Below are positions 52,684 through 62,966 of a stretch of DNA of 64,000 nt, one piece after another; position 1 is the stretch's first letter; each line of letters starts with the position of its first letter. The notes under the pieces are model-generated. The model was not told the DNA's origin. It did not search any database and saw only the letters and a program-made list of their open reading frames with translations. This DNA comes from Thermodesulfobacteriota bacterium (GTDB lineage: Bacteria > Desulfobacterota > Desulfarculia > JACQYL01), in assembly GCA_963675595.2 (NCBI GenBank), contig CAXXLZ010000002.1, positions 4,384,001 through 4,448,000 on the forward strand, written 5' to 3'. Made by a program: the position numbers and the translations under genes.

Positions 52684-54573
52684 ATGATATATGAATATTT
52701 CATCATCTTCATCTCGGTGTTGATTGTTTACACCACCTATGATCCTCCTTCGGCCGATCCTTCCTTGTTGTGGGTGCGCTGGGCGTGTGCGGCGGCGCTC
52801 TTTTTGATTTACGGGCTGTCGGCCGTGGCTTTTTACGCAAGGCTGCGCAGGCTCGCGTCCGAAACCGGGTCGGAATCGGTGCGAAAATCCTTTCGACGAA
52901 GCCAGGGCGGCTTCGCCGTACTGGCTCTTATCGCCTTCATGATCACCGTCTATGTGGTCAATATAAAGGCGGACCTCACCTCCCTGCCCGGGTCCCGGGT
53001 GGTCCCCACCCTCGTTGATTTGCCGGCGGTCCTCTTGTTCCTGATGTATCTGGCGACGGCTTGGTGGTTCGCCTATCCGGTGGCCCGATCCATCAGCCGT
53101 GTCCGGCTCAGCCGTATCCGTTATGTCATGTCGAAAGTTCGGGTTTACGGATCCGTGTTGATGCCTTGGCTGCTGCTCTCCTTGGCTGCCGATTTTCTGG
53201 AACGGATTCCCTTTAATCCCATCCGAAACCTGAGCCCTCTAATCCGTGAAATTATTTTTTACGGCATTTTTGTGCTGTTGTTTTCCATCGTGGCTCCCCT
53301 GCTCATCCGTTACCTTTGGGGGCTCGAACCTCTCGCCGGAGGACACGCACGAAACCTCATTGAAAATGCGTGTCGAACAAGCCGATTCCGGGTTCGCGAT
53401 ATCATGCTCTGGCCTCTTTTCGATTGGGAAATGATCACTGCCGGTGTCATGGGTCTGGTGGGAAGGTACAGATATATCCTCGTGAGTCCCTCCCTCCTTT
53501 CGATCCTGGACGACGACGAACTGGTGGGAGTGGTGGCGCATGAGATCGGTCACGTGAAGAAAAAGCACATGTTTTACTACCTGCTGTTCCTGATGGGATA
53601 CCTGGTGATCAGTTACCCTTTGTTCAATCTGCTCCTGCTTCTTCTGCCGCGTGTGGACTTCATTGCCGACGCCATGATCGTCGGAGCGGAGGACGGGGGG
53701 ACCATGCTTTCCCTTGTCGCGACTTTGCCTTTGCTTTTGGGTTTCCTGGCCTATTTTCGTTTCGTCTTCGGCTTCTTCATGAGGAGCTTCGAACGTCAGG
53801 CCGATCTGTTCAGCCTGAATTGGACCGGAACGCCCGGACCGCTCGTCGGGTCCTTGCGGAAGATCTCCTTTTTTTCCGGTGTTTCCCTTCACTCCCCATC
53901 GTGGCATCATTACGGCATCGGAGAACGCATTGAAGCGCTGCAGAGAGCCGCAGCCGAACCGGGGCTTATCCGGGCTCACGACAAGCGAGTCAAGCGGAGC
54001 CTGGTGTTGTTCCTCGTGGTGGTATCGGCAATGGGCGGCGCGGGTTACGCTTTCGAAGGCAGTGCGCTGCAGGCGCGGATGCAGAGGGAGACCGCCGAGA
54101 ATTTGTTGGTTCGGTTCGCCGAGCGGAACCCCGATAGCGCCGAGGCACTTGCGACGCTTGGCGCCTACTATCACGACGCAAAGGACTATGCCCGGGCTGA
54201 GACCTATTATCTCAAAGCCTTATCCGAGTCTCCCGAGGATGCGGAGACCCTGAACAACCTGGCATGGCTCTACGCCACCGCCGAGGACAAGGTCTTCTTC
54301 CGACCGGAGGAAGCTCTGAAATGGGCAAGGAAAGCGGCGGAACTAAAACCCGTGCCTCACATTTTGGATACGCTCGCGGAGAGTCTTTATCGTGCGGGAA
54401 AATTTGAGGAAGCCGTGGAGGTGGGAAAAAAGGCGCTGTTTCTGGCTCAGCGGGACGCTTCTTATTTCGAGGGTCAACTGACCAAATTCGAAAAGGCATT
54501 GGCGGCAAATGGAAAGTCCCAAAGGGCGGGATCCGCCGGAGCGCAGGAAGAGGGAGGAAGCAGTGAACATTGA
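52684..54573 (+). CDS. M48 family membrane zinc metalloprotease with C-terminal TPR repeats
   Basis: Multi-TM, AHEIGH, FERQAD, LNNLAWLYAT...ILDTLA TPR. Confidence 0.9.
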   Translation: MIYEYFIIFISVLIVYTTYDPPSADPSLLWVRWACAAALFLIYGLSAVAFYARLRRLASETGSESVRKSFRRSQGGFAVLALIAFMITVYVVNIKADLTSLPGSRVVPTLVDLPAVLLFLMYLATAWWFAYPVARSISRVRLSRIRYVMSKVRVYGSVLMPWLLLSLAADFLERIPFNPIRNLSPLIREIIFYGIFVLLFSIVAPLLIRYLWGLEPLAGGHARNLIENACRTSRFRVRDIMLWPLFDWEMITAGVMGLVGRYRYILVSPSLLSILDDDELVGVVAHEIGHVKKKHMFYYLLFLMGYLVISYPLFNLLLLLLPRVDFIADAMIVGAEDGGTMLSLVATLPLLLGFLAYFRFVFGFFMRSFERQADLFSLNWTGTPGPLVGSLRKISFFSGVSLHSPSWHHYGIGERIEALQRAAAEPGLIRAHDKRVKRSLVLFLVVVSAMGGAGYAFEGSALQARMQRETAENLLVRFAERNPDSAEALATLGAYYHDAKDYARAETYYLKALSESPEDAETLNNLAWLYATAEDKVFFRPEEALKWARKAAELKPVPHILDTLAESLYRAGKFEEAVEVGKKALFLAQRDASYFEGQLTKFEKALAANGKSQRAGSAGAQEEGGSSEH

Positions 54574-55954
54574 TCGCAATTTGGGGTCCTTGCTGTCGGA
54601 TTGTGTGTTTGAAATGGAAAGGCAGGTTCCCTATGCCGCCGCGTTGGCCATGGAGCGGGACGGGGAGCGGTTTGTCCTGAGGAACAAGAGCCGAATCGTG
54701 GAGGAGGTCGAACCCGCCAAGGGAGCCGTGTTCACCGTATTCACCGGGAAGGTCTTTCTGGAAGCATCCGTGAACGACCTCACAGCCAAGTCGATGAAGG
54801 ACGCGTGTCGGAGACTGGTCGAAGCGGCCCGGTATGAAGGTATCCGATATGACGGACCGGAAGTGGACCCGGGACCTTCTTTGAAGGAACGATTTGCGAC
54901 AACGGTCGAGATTCGTCCGGAGGACCTCGGTCTTGAAGAGAAGATGCAGGCCTTGGAGGAAACGCATGCTCGTTTGAACGCCTTGGATCCGAATACGGCC
55001 GACGCGGTCATCCAGTACGGACATGTCGCAGTCAAAGAACTTTTTGTAAATCGCACAAAAAGCTTGGAACAGTCGTTGTCCCGCACCCAGGCTGTGGCGC
55101 TGCTGATCCTGCGGGACGAGAATCGCTCGGTATCTCTGCACGCGGGCCATTGCCGTCAGGGTGGGTGGGAACATGCTTCCATGGACGATTCGGAACTGAC
55201 AAGTCTGGCGGAGGACTGCAGGCTTCAGCTGGGCGCTGAGCGGCTCGATCCCGGGTTTCATGATGTGATTTTTTCTCCTGAATTCGCCGGCATTTTTGCC
55301 CATGAGGCTTTCGGGCACGGAATGGAAGCGGACATGTTCCTGAAAAAACGCGCCATGGGAGAAGCCTACATGGGAAAAGAAACGGCCTCCCCCCTGGTTG
55401 ACATGTTCGACGACCCCAGTCTGCCCGGTCAGGCGGCCTCTTACTTTTTCGATCACGAGGGGTGCTTGTCCGCTCCTACGAGGCTGATCAACAAGGGGGT
55501 CTTGTGCGGCGCCCTGACGGATTTGAATTCCGCGCTTCGGCTGAACCTGCCCCGAACGGCCAACGGGAGACGGGAGTCCTACGAGAGGAAGGTCTACGCC
55601 AGAATGAGCAACACATTCTTCGGAACCGGAAACGACACCTTGGCGAACATGCTTTCGGATATTGAAGAGGGATATCTTCTGGATCGGCCCAGTAACGGGA
55701 TGGAAGACCCCAAAGGCTGGGGAATCCAGCTCGAGGGATATTTGGCGCGGGAGATTCGTCACGGGAAGCTGACCGGCCGGGTGAAGAGCCCGGTGATCGT
55801 CACCGGCACGGTGCCGGACTTGCTGAAGTCCATTACCATGGTAGGCGACCGAATTGAAATCTCGGGACTGGGCATGTGCGGCAAAGGACACAAGGAATGG
55901 GTCAAAGTCACCGATGGCGGACCATACTTACGATTGCGTGCCAGATTGGGGTGA
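54563..55954 (+). CDS. tldD: TldD family metalloprotease
   Basis: HEAFGHGMEAD, ANGRRESY, RMSNTFF, CGKG; GTG start after GGGAGG. Confidence 0.9.
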   Translation: MNIDRNLGSLLSDCVFEMERQVPYAAALAMERDGERFVLRNKSRIVEEVEPAKGAVFTVFTGKVFLEASVNDLTAKSMKDACRRLVEAARYEGIRYDGPEVDPGPSLKERFATTVEIRPEDLGLEEKMQALEETHARLNALDPNTADAVIQYGHVAVKELFVNRTKSLEQSLSRTQAVALLILRDENRSVSLHAGHCRQGGWEHASMDDSELTSLAEDCRLQLGAERLDPGFHDVIFSPEFAGIFAHEAFGHGMEADMFLKKRAMGEAYMGKETASPLVDMFDDPSLPGQAASYFFDHEGCLSAPTRLINKGVLCGALTDLNSALRLNLPRTANGRRESYERKVYARMSNTFFGTGNDTLANMLSDIEEGYLLDRPSNGMEDPKGWGIQLEGYLAREIRHGKLTGRVKSPVIVTGTVPDLLKSITMVGDRIEISGLGMCGKGHKEWVKVTDGGPYLRLRARLG

Positions 55955-55957
55955 AGG

Positions 55958-57265
55958 ATGGCGTTTATCGATCTGTCTGATGTTCATGATTTCTTGTCCG
56001 GCGTGCGAGGCCTTTCCGCCTGGGAGACGACTCTCGTCCGAAGCCGTGGATTTCAGGAATTCCGCATCATGGGTGAGCCCGAATCTCGTCGGGAGATTGA
56101 AACGGAACGCCTGGGAGTGCATCTCTACGCGATACGTTCCCTGGGAGGCAAAGATGTAATGGGGGAGTCCTCCCTTACGCTGGATCCGGGCGACGATTTT
56201 GGATCGCGGATCAACAGGGCTCTCGATATGGCTCAGCTCCCGGCCAATGAGCCTTTTGAACTTCCCGACCGGTTTCAGGATTATCATGGTGTGTCCGCTC
56301 GGGATGCGTCGGCGTTTACCGATCCTTTCAAAAGGTTGAAAGATGTTGCCGATGAGATCGAGTCTTCGGCGTTTGAAGAGCGTGTCGTGGTGAGTTCTTC
56401 CGAGGTGACGGCGGAGGATCGGGAAGTCCTGTTTCATAACTCCCGCGGGCTTCATGCCGCCCGTAAGGAGTCGGAGTTCTTTATTGATTTCGTTCTGTTG
56501 GCGGCCGACCAAGTCGGCAGGGAAGTTGAAAGCAACGGGTATCGTCGCGCCGGACGCCTGAAAGAGCTGGAACCGGCGGGCATGGTTCGGGAGTACGCTT
56601 CTTTTGCCCGCGATACGCTGTCGGCCGTGGAGCCCCCTTCCGGAATCGTGGATGTAGTGTTCACACACGAATGTCTGGATACCTTGTTTCAATGGTTTGT
56701 GGCTCAGTCGGGGGGGCCGTCCGCCTACCACGGCTGGTCGAGATTCAGGGAGGGGGAGCCGGTGGTGCCCGATCCAAAAGGAGACCGATTGACTCTGGTG
56801 AGCGACCCGTTTCTGGCCGGCGGGCTCAAGACCAGACCGTTCGACGAAAACGGACTTCCGCAAAAACGGGTGGAAGTGATTCGAGACGGCATCTTTCAGC
56901 GGCGTCCGGTGGACAAACGTCATGCCGACTACCTGGAACTGCCGGCCACCGGGGCGTTCGCGAATCTTGTGGTTTCGGCCGGTTCGAGACCCCTCGAATC
57001 GCTCATGCGTCCGAAGCCCGTCCTGCAGTGCGTCCAGTTTTCCACTTTTGAGCCGAATCCGATTTCCGGAGCGTTTTCAGGGGAGATTCGCCTCGGGATT
57101 TGGCATGGGCAGGACGGTTCCCAACCGGTAAAGGGGGGCTCGGTGAGCGGGATCATGGAGCAGGCGTTTCAAGAGGCTTACCTCTCTACGGAGACGGTAC
57201 GCCGAGAGACCTATCTTGGGCCCGGGGCGGTGAAACTGTGCCGTTTGAGCGTGGCGGGCGGGTAA
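55958..57265 (+). CDS. pmbA: PmbA/TldE family protein
   Basis: PFDENG, GAFSGEIR, no HExxxH; follows tldD. Confidence 0.82.
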   Translation: MAFIDLSDVHDFLSGVRGLSAWETTLVRSRGFQEFRIMGEPESRREIETERLGVHLYAIRSLGGKDVMGESSLTLDPGDDFGSRINRALDMAQLPANEPFELPDRFQDYHGVSARDASAFTDPFKRLKDVADEIESSAFEERVVVSSSEVTAEDREVLFHNSRGLHAARKESEFFIDFVLLAADQVGREVESNGYRRAGRLKELEPAGMVREYASFARDTLSAVEPPSGIVDVVFTHECLDTLFQWFVAQSGGPSAYHGWSRFREGEPVVPDPKGDRLTLVSDPFLAGGLKTRPFDENGLPQKRVEVIRDGIFQRRPVDKRHADYLELPATGAFANLVVSAGSRPLESLMRPKPVLQCVQFSTFEPNPISGAFSGEIRLGIWHGQDGSQPVKGGSVSGIMEQAFQEAYLSTETVRRETYLGPGAVKLCRLSVAGG

Positions 57266-57422
57266 ATACCGCCGGAGGCAGGCAGGTTTAAGGAATGGAT
57301 CCGGGACCTTGTGAAAAATAGTATTTATACCTTGATCTTTCGACGGCGGCTTGTTACAAATCTTCGTCCCGGCGGAGCCAACGGCCGGCATCCTATATAT
57401 TTTCCGGTGGAGGAGAAGGGCA

Positions 57423-58385
57423 ATGAACGCACCCAGAGGCGAACTGAAAGTTTTTTCCGGAAGCAGTAATCCGGCTCTTGCCGCTCAAATTTGCGCTTCC
57501 ATGCGGGTCCCCCTGGGGCAGGTCAAGTTGGGTAAATTCAGCGACGGCGAACTCCGGGTCGAAATTCAGGAAAATGTGCGCGGCCGGGATGTGTTTGTCA
57601 TCCAGTCCCTTTGCCATCCGGTAAACGATCACCTGCTGGAGCTGTTGCTCATCGTGGACGCGCTAAAGAGGGCTTCCGCAGGACGCATTACGGCCACGAT
57701 TCCCTATTACGGCTATGCGAGGCAAGACCGAAAGAACGCTCCCCGTGTTCCCATCAGCGCGAAGCTCGTTGCCGATCTTATCAGTACGGCGGGGGCGGAG
57801 CGGGTGGTCACCATGGACCTGCACGCCGGGCAAATTCAGGGGTTCTTCAATATTCCCGTGGACAACCTGTACGCCTCCCAGGTGTTCTTCCCGTTTATTC
57901 GCGAGGAATTCATGGGAAAGAAGGTCGTGGTGGTATCTCCGGATGCCGGGGGCATGTTGCGTGCCAGGGCCTACGGCAAAGTCCTGAATACCAAGATTGC
58001 CATGATCGACAAAAGGCGACCCGAAGCGAACAAAGCCGAAGTGATGCATATCGTTGGAAACGTGGAGGGCCACATCTGCATCATTCTGGACGACATGGCG
58101 GACACGGCGGGAACCCTATGCGCGGGAGCCAAAGCGCTCAGGGAAAACGGGGCCAAGGAGATTTACGGCTTTTGTACCCATCCGGTGCTGAGCGGCCCGG
58201 CGATCGAACGGATCAACGAATCGGTCATTGAGAGACTGTACACGAGCGACACCATCCTTCTGAACGAAACCACCCGAAACTGCCCCAAAATCCGCGTCAT
58301 CAGCGTTTCGGATGTATTTGCGCAAGCCATTATCGGCATACACAAAGACGATTCCATTTCCACTCTGTTCACGATTCATCACTAA
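57423..58385 (+). CDS. prs: ribose-phosphate pyrophosphokinase
   Basis: FSDGE, YYGYARQDRK, DLHAGQIQGFF, VSPDAGG, DDMADTAGT. Confidence 0.96.
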   Translation: MNAPRGELKVFSGSSNPALAAQICASMRVPLGQVKLGKFSDGELRVEIQENVRGRDVFVIQSLCHPVNDHLLELLLIVDALKRASAGRITATIPYYGYARQDRKNAPRVPISAKLVADLISTAGAERVVTMDLHAGQIQGFFNIPVDNLYASQVFFPFIREEFMGKKVVVVSPDAGGMLRARAYGKVLNTKIAMIDKRRPEANKAEVMHIVGNVEGHICIILDDMADTAGTLCAGAKALRENGAKEIYGFCTHPVLSGPAIERINESVIERLYTSDTILLNETTRNCPKIRVISVSDVFAQAIIGIHKDDSISTLFTIHH

Positions 58386-58475
58386 TCGTGGACCGATCGG
58401 CGCCGCGTATACCCTAAAGTGAATTCATCGACGGCCGGCAAAGACAGGGGCCGAGGCGAGAAGTCTGAGGTCGGT

Positions 58476-59384
58476 TTATTGTTCGGCGTTTCTTGCTCTT
58501 GGGAACACGGCCACCACGGCCGGTATTCTCAGACGGACCGGTAGGGCCATGGAGGTGACCGGCGCTCCAGGGGTCCACCCTCCATAAGTCTCGTAGCGAA
58601 ACGCGGGAGTCTGAAGGGCGAACTGGGCCTGATACCCTCCGTCCAGCCCCATGATGCGGTACACGTCCGGTCCCAGGGTGGCCAGGAAGTCCGCAAAGTC
58701 GTGAAGCGTGTACCCTCCCTCGCTGCAGAACACCGTGATGGAACCGTCTTTCATTTCGCCCAGGGCGGCTCGGTTGGCCACCAGATCGGTATTCTTGACC
58801 CGCTTCCTGCCTTCATGGTCTACAAGCATGTAGGACTGTAAGGCGAAGGAGTAATTGCTTCCCGTGGAGTCCGCTTGGTCGTATTTCAGGTCAAGAATCT
58901 CCACGAGTCCGGAATCCTTCGGAAGCGCATTATGTTCCACAAAGAGGGCTTTCCATTGCCGGATCAGCGGTGTACCCAAATTCTCTCCACCTTTCACCAG
59001 CAACCCCATGTGGCGGCTGTCCTCGTAATACTGTCCCGCATTGAACACCAAAACGGCCTTCAAACGATCTCTCCATTCTCCGGCGTTCATCATGGCGCGG
59101 TCTTCGTTCCTGCTGTAGTGGAATGCTTCGAAGCGGTACAAGGAGGGGTCGATGCGGATGGCCCCCGTGTATCGACTCCCCTTTCTGCAGAAGGTAGGGT
59201 CGAAAATGCGGTCGAAGCTGAGCCCGGGCTGGAGTTCAACCCAACGGAGCGCTGCTTCCGTCTTCTTCTGTCCGGCCGGGGCTGGGGAAACGAGGCTTAC
59301 TGCAATGGCGGAAAGGACAAAAACAAAACAGAGACGTCGTCGTAGGCACATGGGATTTGAAGGAGAGCTCGAGTCCGGGGTCAA
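58476..59384 (-). CDS. phosphodiester glycosidase (NAGPA-like) family exported protein
   Basis: FNAGQY, NRAALG, MGLDGG motifs; signal peptide; start uncertain. Confidence 0.7.
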   Translation of the reverse strand: MTPDSSSPSNPMCLRRRLCFVFVLSAIAVSLVSPAPAGQKKTEAALRWVELQPGLSFDRIFDPTFCRKGSRYTGAIRIDPSLYRFEAFHYSRNEDRAMMNAGEWRDRLKAVLVFNAGQYYEDSRHMGLLVKGGENLGTPLIRQWKALFVEHNALPKDSGLVEILDLKYDQADSTGSNYSFALQSYMLVDHEGRKRVKNTDLVANRAALGEMKDGSITVFCSEGGYTLHDFADFLATLGPDVYRIMGLDGGYQAQFALQTPAFRYETYGGWTPGAPVTSMALPVRLRIPAVVAVFPRARNAEQ

Positions 59385-59461
59385 CTCAAGACCCGATTTG
59401 GATTCGGAAAGTTACCTCCCCCGGTTCTCTCCGCAATGACGAAAAAAGGCGCGTCACGTTA

Positions 59462-59887
59462 TCAACCCGCCTCGTGGAGGCGTCCAAGAATCGAATCCAC
59501 ACTGCGGTAGATATCTTCGTCCGTGCCGTAGATTTCGTCGACGGACGGGTGGTCGATCAGTTTCTCCACCAAGAAGGAAGTGACATACAAGCTGGCGAAG
59601 TGCGGGTTCGGCACCAAGTTGCGGATAGGGGCCACGCGGTATTCGATCTCGAAGTCTTCCGAGGAAACCAATTGCTTAAGGCACAGCTCGATTTGTTTAA
59701 TCAGTTCGGCACGATTGGTGGTGGTGATGTTCCCGGATTCGGTGAGGCGCTGGGCCAAGCGATTGCTGAGCTCTTCCGCGTCGGACCTGATTTGGTAGAT
59801 CGTCCGTTCCCTGCTGTGGTCTTTCGAAGAATCCAAGCGGGACAGTATTTTTTCTTCCCGGATGTTCGGGAAAAACTCTTTAGCCAT
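59462..59887 (-). CDS. conserved hypothetical protein (DUF507-like)
   Basis: AAGGAG RBS before ATG 59887; EIYGTDEDIY C-terminal motif. Confidence 0.6.
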   Translation of the reverse strand: MAKEFFPNIREEKILSRLDSSKDHSRERTIYQIRSDAEELSNRLAQRLTESGNITTTNRAELIKQIELCLKQLVSSEDFEIEYRVAPIRNLVPNPHFASLYVTSFLVEKLIDHPSVDEIYGTDEDIYRSVDSILGRLHEAG

Positions 59888-60223
59888 TTCACGCTCCTTT
59901 GGGATAAAAGAGATTAACCGGTCCGCCAAGACCCCTGCGGCAGTCCGGTGGCCGAGCAAGCTTGGGATACCCCCGTCGCCAAGGGTGAGCTTTGTTCGAG
60001 TCGTCTCTCCGTTCCGGTCTCAATTTCCGCCGTCCATCGGACTCGCCTCCGTCCGGCGGAAAGGGATGTCGCCGTCCCACTTGGAGCCATATCCCATCCC
60101 GGGCCGAAATACGTCTTGACTTGACGCCCGGGAAGCGCCTTATTTCTCCCATCCGGACCGGCTGTTTCGCCCGGGAGAAGGCGCTTGCAGGATGACGGTT
60201 TGAACTCCTCGACTTTCGAAAGA

Positions 60224-60252
60224 AGACTAACATGGAAGTAGGAGCTTCGCAA
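60224..60252 (-). promoter_or_regulatory. candidate sigma-70 promoter (leftward)
   Basis: Minus strand TTGCGA-N17-TAGTCT with extended TG. Confidence 0.4.
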
Positions 60253-60441
60253 GCAGGTAACCTGAGGGGAGGGCGTTTTTTTCGACGTCGGCGGATGGGT
60301 CTGCATGAGTACTCGCGCGGACCATGGAGCGTTCTCGAGTTGCTGTGCGTATAGCCGACTAAGCGTCGAACGACGGTTCGGGAGTCCTTTGAATGCATCG
60401 CGGGAAGGTGGGACCCGAGTTTGCAGAGACGTCCCCGATTC

Positions 60442-60470
60442 TTGACAGAAGTCGATCAACGCACTATGAT
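60442..60470 (+). promoter_or_regulatory. sigma-70 promoter of serA
   Basis: TTGACA-N17-TATGAT, about 60 nt upstream of the GTG start. Confidence 0.75.
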
Positions 60471-60528
60471 CCCTCTCTCGTCCTTAAGGCCCACAGCGCC
60501 ATATAACTAAGTATTATGGAGGAGTCCG

Positions 60529-62109
60529 GTGAAGATTCTAATCAGTGATGCTCTCGCCCAGGAGGGTGTGGAAACCATTCGTAACGCCGGTGGTATCCAG
60601 GTGGATAATCGCCCCGGTTTGAGTCCGGAGGAACTGTTAAGTGTGATCGGAGAATACAACGGCCTGATCATTCGCAGTGCTACGAAAGTGACCCAGGAGG
60701 TCATTGAGGCCGGAGTCAATCTCAAGGTTATCGGAAGAGCCGGCATCGGACTGGACAACGTTGACATCCCTGCCGCTACGAAGAAGGGCATTGTGGTCAT
60801 GAACACGCCGGAGGGGAATACCATCACCACGGCGGAGCATACCATGTCTATGATCCTGGCCCTTTCCCGTAATATCCCGCAGGCTACGGCTTCCATGAAA
60901 GCCGCCAAATGGGAAAAGAAGAAGTTTAAAGGCAAGGAGATCTTCAACAAGACCTTGGGAATCATAGGTCTCGGCAAGATCGGAAGCATTGTGGCGGACC
61001 GAGCCCGAGGGCTCAAGATGAGAGTGCTCGGTTTTGATCCCTTTCTGAGGCCGGAATCGGCGAGCGCCATGGGAGTGGAGCTTGTGTCCATGGATCGACT
61101 CTTGGAAGAGGCGGACTACGTCACGGTGCACGTTCCCAAGACGCCTGAGACCACTAAAATCATCAATCGTGAGACCCTTTCGAAGATGAAACAAGGGGTT
61201 TACGTGATCAATTGCGCTAGGGGCGGTATCGTGGACGAAGAGGCGCTTCTGGAAGCGCTGAATTCAGGCCGCGTCAGAGGAGCCGCGTTGGACGTTTTCG
61301 AGACCGAACCTCCCGGAGATCACCCCTTGCTCAAACTCGAGAATGTTATTTGTACGCCTCACTTGGGAGCCTCCACCGAAGAAGCCCAGGTCAATGTGGC
61401 CGTTGGAATCGCGGAGCAGATGGCGGATTACCTGCTGAACGGGACCGTGAAGAACGCGGTGAACGTTCCTTCCGTCAGTGGGGAAATGCTTTCCAAAATT
61501 GCGCCCTACGTGAGTTTGTGCGAGAAGCTCGGCAAGGTGTTGTCCGGTCTTTCGAGCGGAGCCCTTTCGTCCGTTGAGATCACTTACCGTGGGCATGTGG
61601 CCGAAATCGACACGGCGCCTTTGAAGACCGCCGTGCTCATGGGGCTGCTTTTTCCGCGTCTCCGGGGAGCGGTGAACTTCGTGAACGCCCCGATCATCGC
61701 CAAGGAAAGAGGCATCGACGTTATCGAGAAGAAATCCGAAACCGCGGAGAATTTCCTGGACCTCATCAGTGTCCGTATCCAGATCGATTCTCAGACCCGT
61801 CTGGTCGCGGGAACGCTCTTCGGTAAGACGGAACCTCGATTGGTGCGTATTGACGACTTCACGCTTGAAGCGGTGCCCGAAGGGAACATGCTCTTCATCA
61901 AGAGCCATGACAGACCCGGCGTTATCGGCAAGATCGGCAGCTACTTGGGCACGAATTCGGTCAATATCGACAATATGCATGTGGGCCAGGACTTGGCGCA
62001 CAAAATGAACCTGATTCTTATCCGCACCGACAAAGGCCTCACCGAGGATGCTCTCAAAGGGCTCAATGCGTTGGAGGACGTGGAATCGGCCCTGTTTCTC
62101 GAAGCGTGA
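60529..62109 (+). CDS. serA: D-3-phosphoglycerate dehydrogenase
   Basis: GRAGIGLDNVD, GLGKIG, NCARGG, TPHLGASTEEAQ, C-terminal ACT domain (DRPGVIG). Confidence 0.96.
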   Translation: MKILISDALAQEGVETIRNAGGIQVDNRPGLSPEELLSVIGEYNGLIIRSATKVTQEVIEAGVNLKVIGRAGIGLDNVDIPAATKKGIVVMNTPEGNTITTAEHTMSMILALSRNIPQATASMKAAKWEKKKFKGKEIFNKTLGIIGLGKIGSIVADRARGLKMRVLGFDPFLRPESASAMGVELVSMDRLLEEADYVTVHVPKTPETTKIINRETLSKMKQGVYVINCARGGIVDEEALLEALNSGRVRGAALDVFETEPPGDHPLLKLENVICTPHLGASTEEAQVNVAVGIAEQMADYLLNGTVKNAVNVPSVSGEMLSKIAPYVSLCEKLGKVLSGLSSGALSSVEITYRGHVAEIDTAPLKTAVLMGLLFPRLRGAVNFVNAPIIAKERGIDVIEKKSETAENFLDLISVRIQIDSQTRLVAGTLFGKTEPRLVRIDDFTLEAVPEGNMLFIKSHDRPGVIGKIGSYLGTNSVNIDNMHVGQDLAHKMNLILIRTDKGLTEDALKGLNALEDVESALFLEA

Positions 62110-62198
62110 CGGCAGTGCGGCGCCGGCGCGCGAATCCGTTACGGGTTCGGGTGGCCGGCCGCTCCTAAAGAATGCCCGAGTCTGCCGGAGGAACCGTT

Positions 62199-62627
62199 AT
62201 GAGTGAAGAAGAAAAGGGATTCGTCATCAAGGACCGGCGTCGTTTCGATGCCGAGGGGCAGGTCAAGGAAGAGGAACCGGAAAAGGAAGCGCCCAAGGCG
62301 GAGTCCGGAGATGAACGAGCGGCCCAAGAGAAGCCGCAGACGGATGAAGCCGGTAAGCATTCGAGGGGTTCGGAAGCTCCGCTCCCCGAGATCAATTTTT
62401 CCACGTTCATTTTTTCTTTGAGTACGTCCGCTTTGATGCATCTGGGTGAACTTCCTGATCCCTCGACGAACGCCAAGGCGACGGACTTGCCCTTGGCCAA
62501 ACAGACCATCGACATCCTCGGGATGCTCCACAGGAAGACCTTGGGAAATCTTGAAGAGGACGAGAAGAATCTTCTGGAGAACCTGCTGACCGATCTTCGA
62601 CTGAAATACGTTTCCAAGAAGAAATAG
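62199..62627 (+). CDS. DUF1844 domain protein
   Basis: KGFVIKDRRRF, FSTFIFSL, AKQTIDIL, KTLGNL; GGAGG RBS. Confidence 0.9.
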   Translation: MSEEEKGFVIKDRRRFDAEGQVKEEEPEKEAPKAESGDERAAQEKPQTDEAGKHSRGSEAPLPEINFSTFIFSLSTSALMHLGELPDPSTNAKATDLPLAKQTIDILGMLHRKTLGNLEEDEKNLLENLLTDLRLKYVSKKK

Positions 62628-62728
62628 CCGCTGGAGCGGGATCGTCCCCGGGCTCGAATGGAGACTTTGCCGCCATCTTTCGGACGTCACGTCGTCGGCG
62701 GATGCTGAAAGGCGAACTGGAACCGATC

Positions 62729-62769
62729 ACGGGGGAAATCTTCTGCGAAGTTTTCCCCCGTCGTTTTTT
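62729..62769 (+). terminator. intrinsic terminator candidate
   Basis: ACGGGGGAAA...TTTCCCCCGT stem followed by CGTTTTTT. Confidence 0.6.
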
Positions 62770-62966
62770 CGGACCATATCTCCGAATTCCGTCGATCGGA
62801 TATGGAAAGAAGGCATCGGCAGGATACGGCGTCGCGGCGTTCGTACCGTGCGTTTCCATGGACTCTTTGTGGGTAACGGAGTTGCTCGGAAAGGATTTCG
62901 GGGCTTGGGAGCGTCCAAGTGGGATTTTGGTGGGAACCCGGGTCTTCATTGGAGAAGAGACCACAC

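Noticed and set aside
54212-55891. 559-aa minus-strand ORF
   Set aside because: Antisense shadow of tldD
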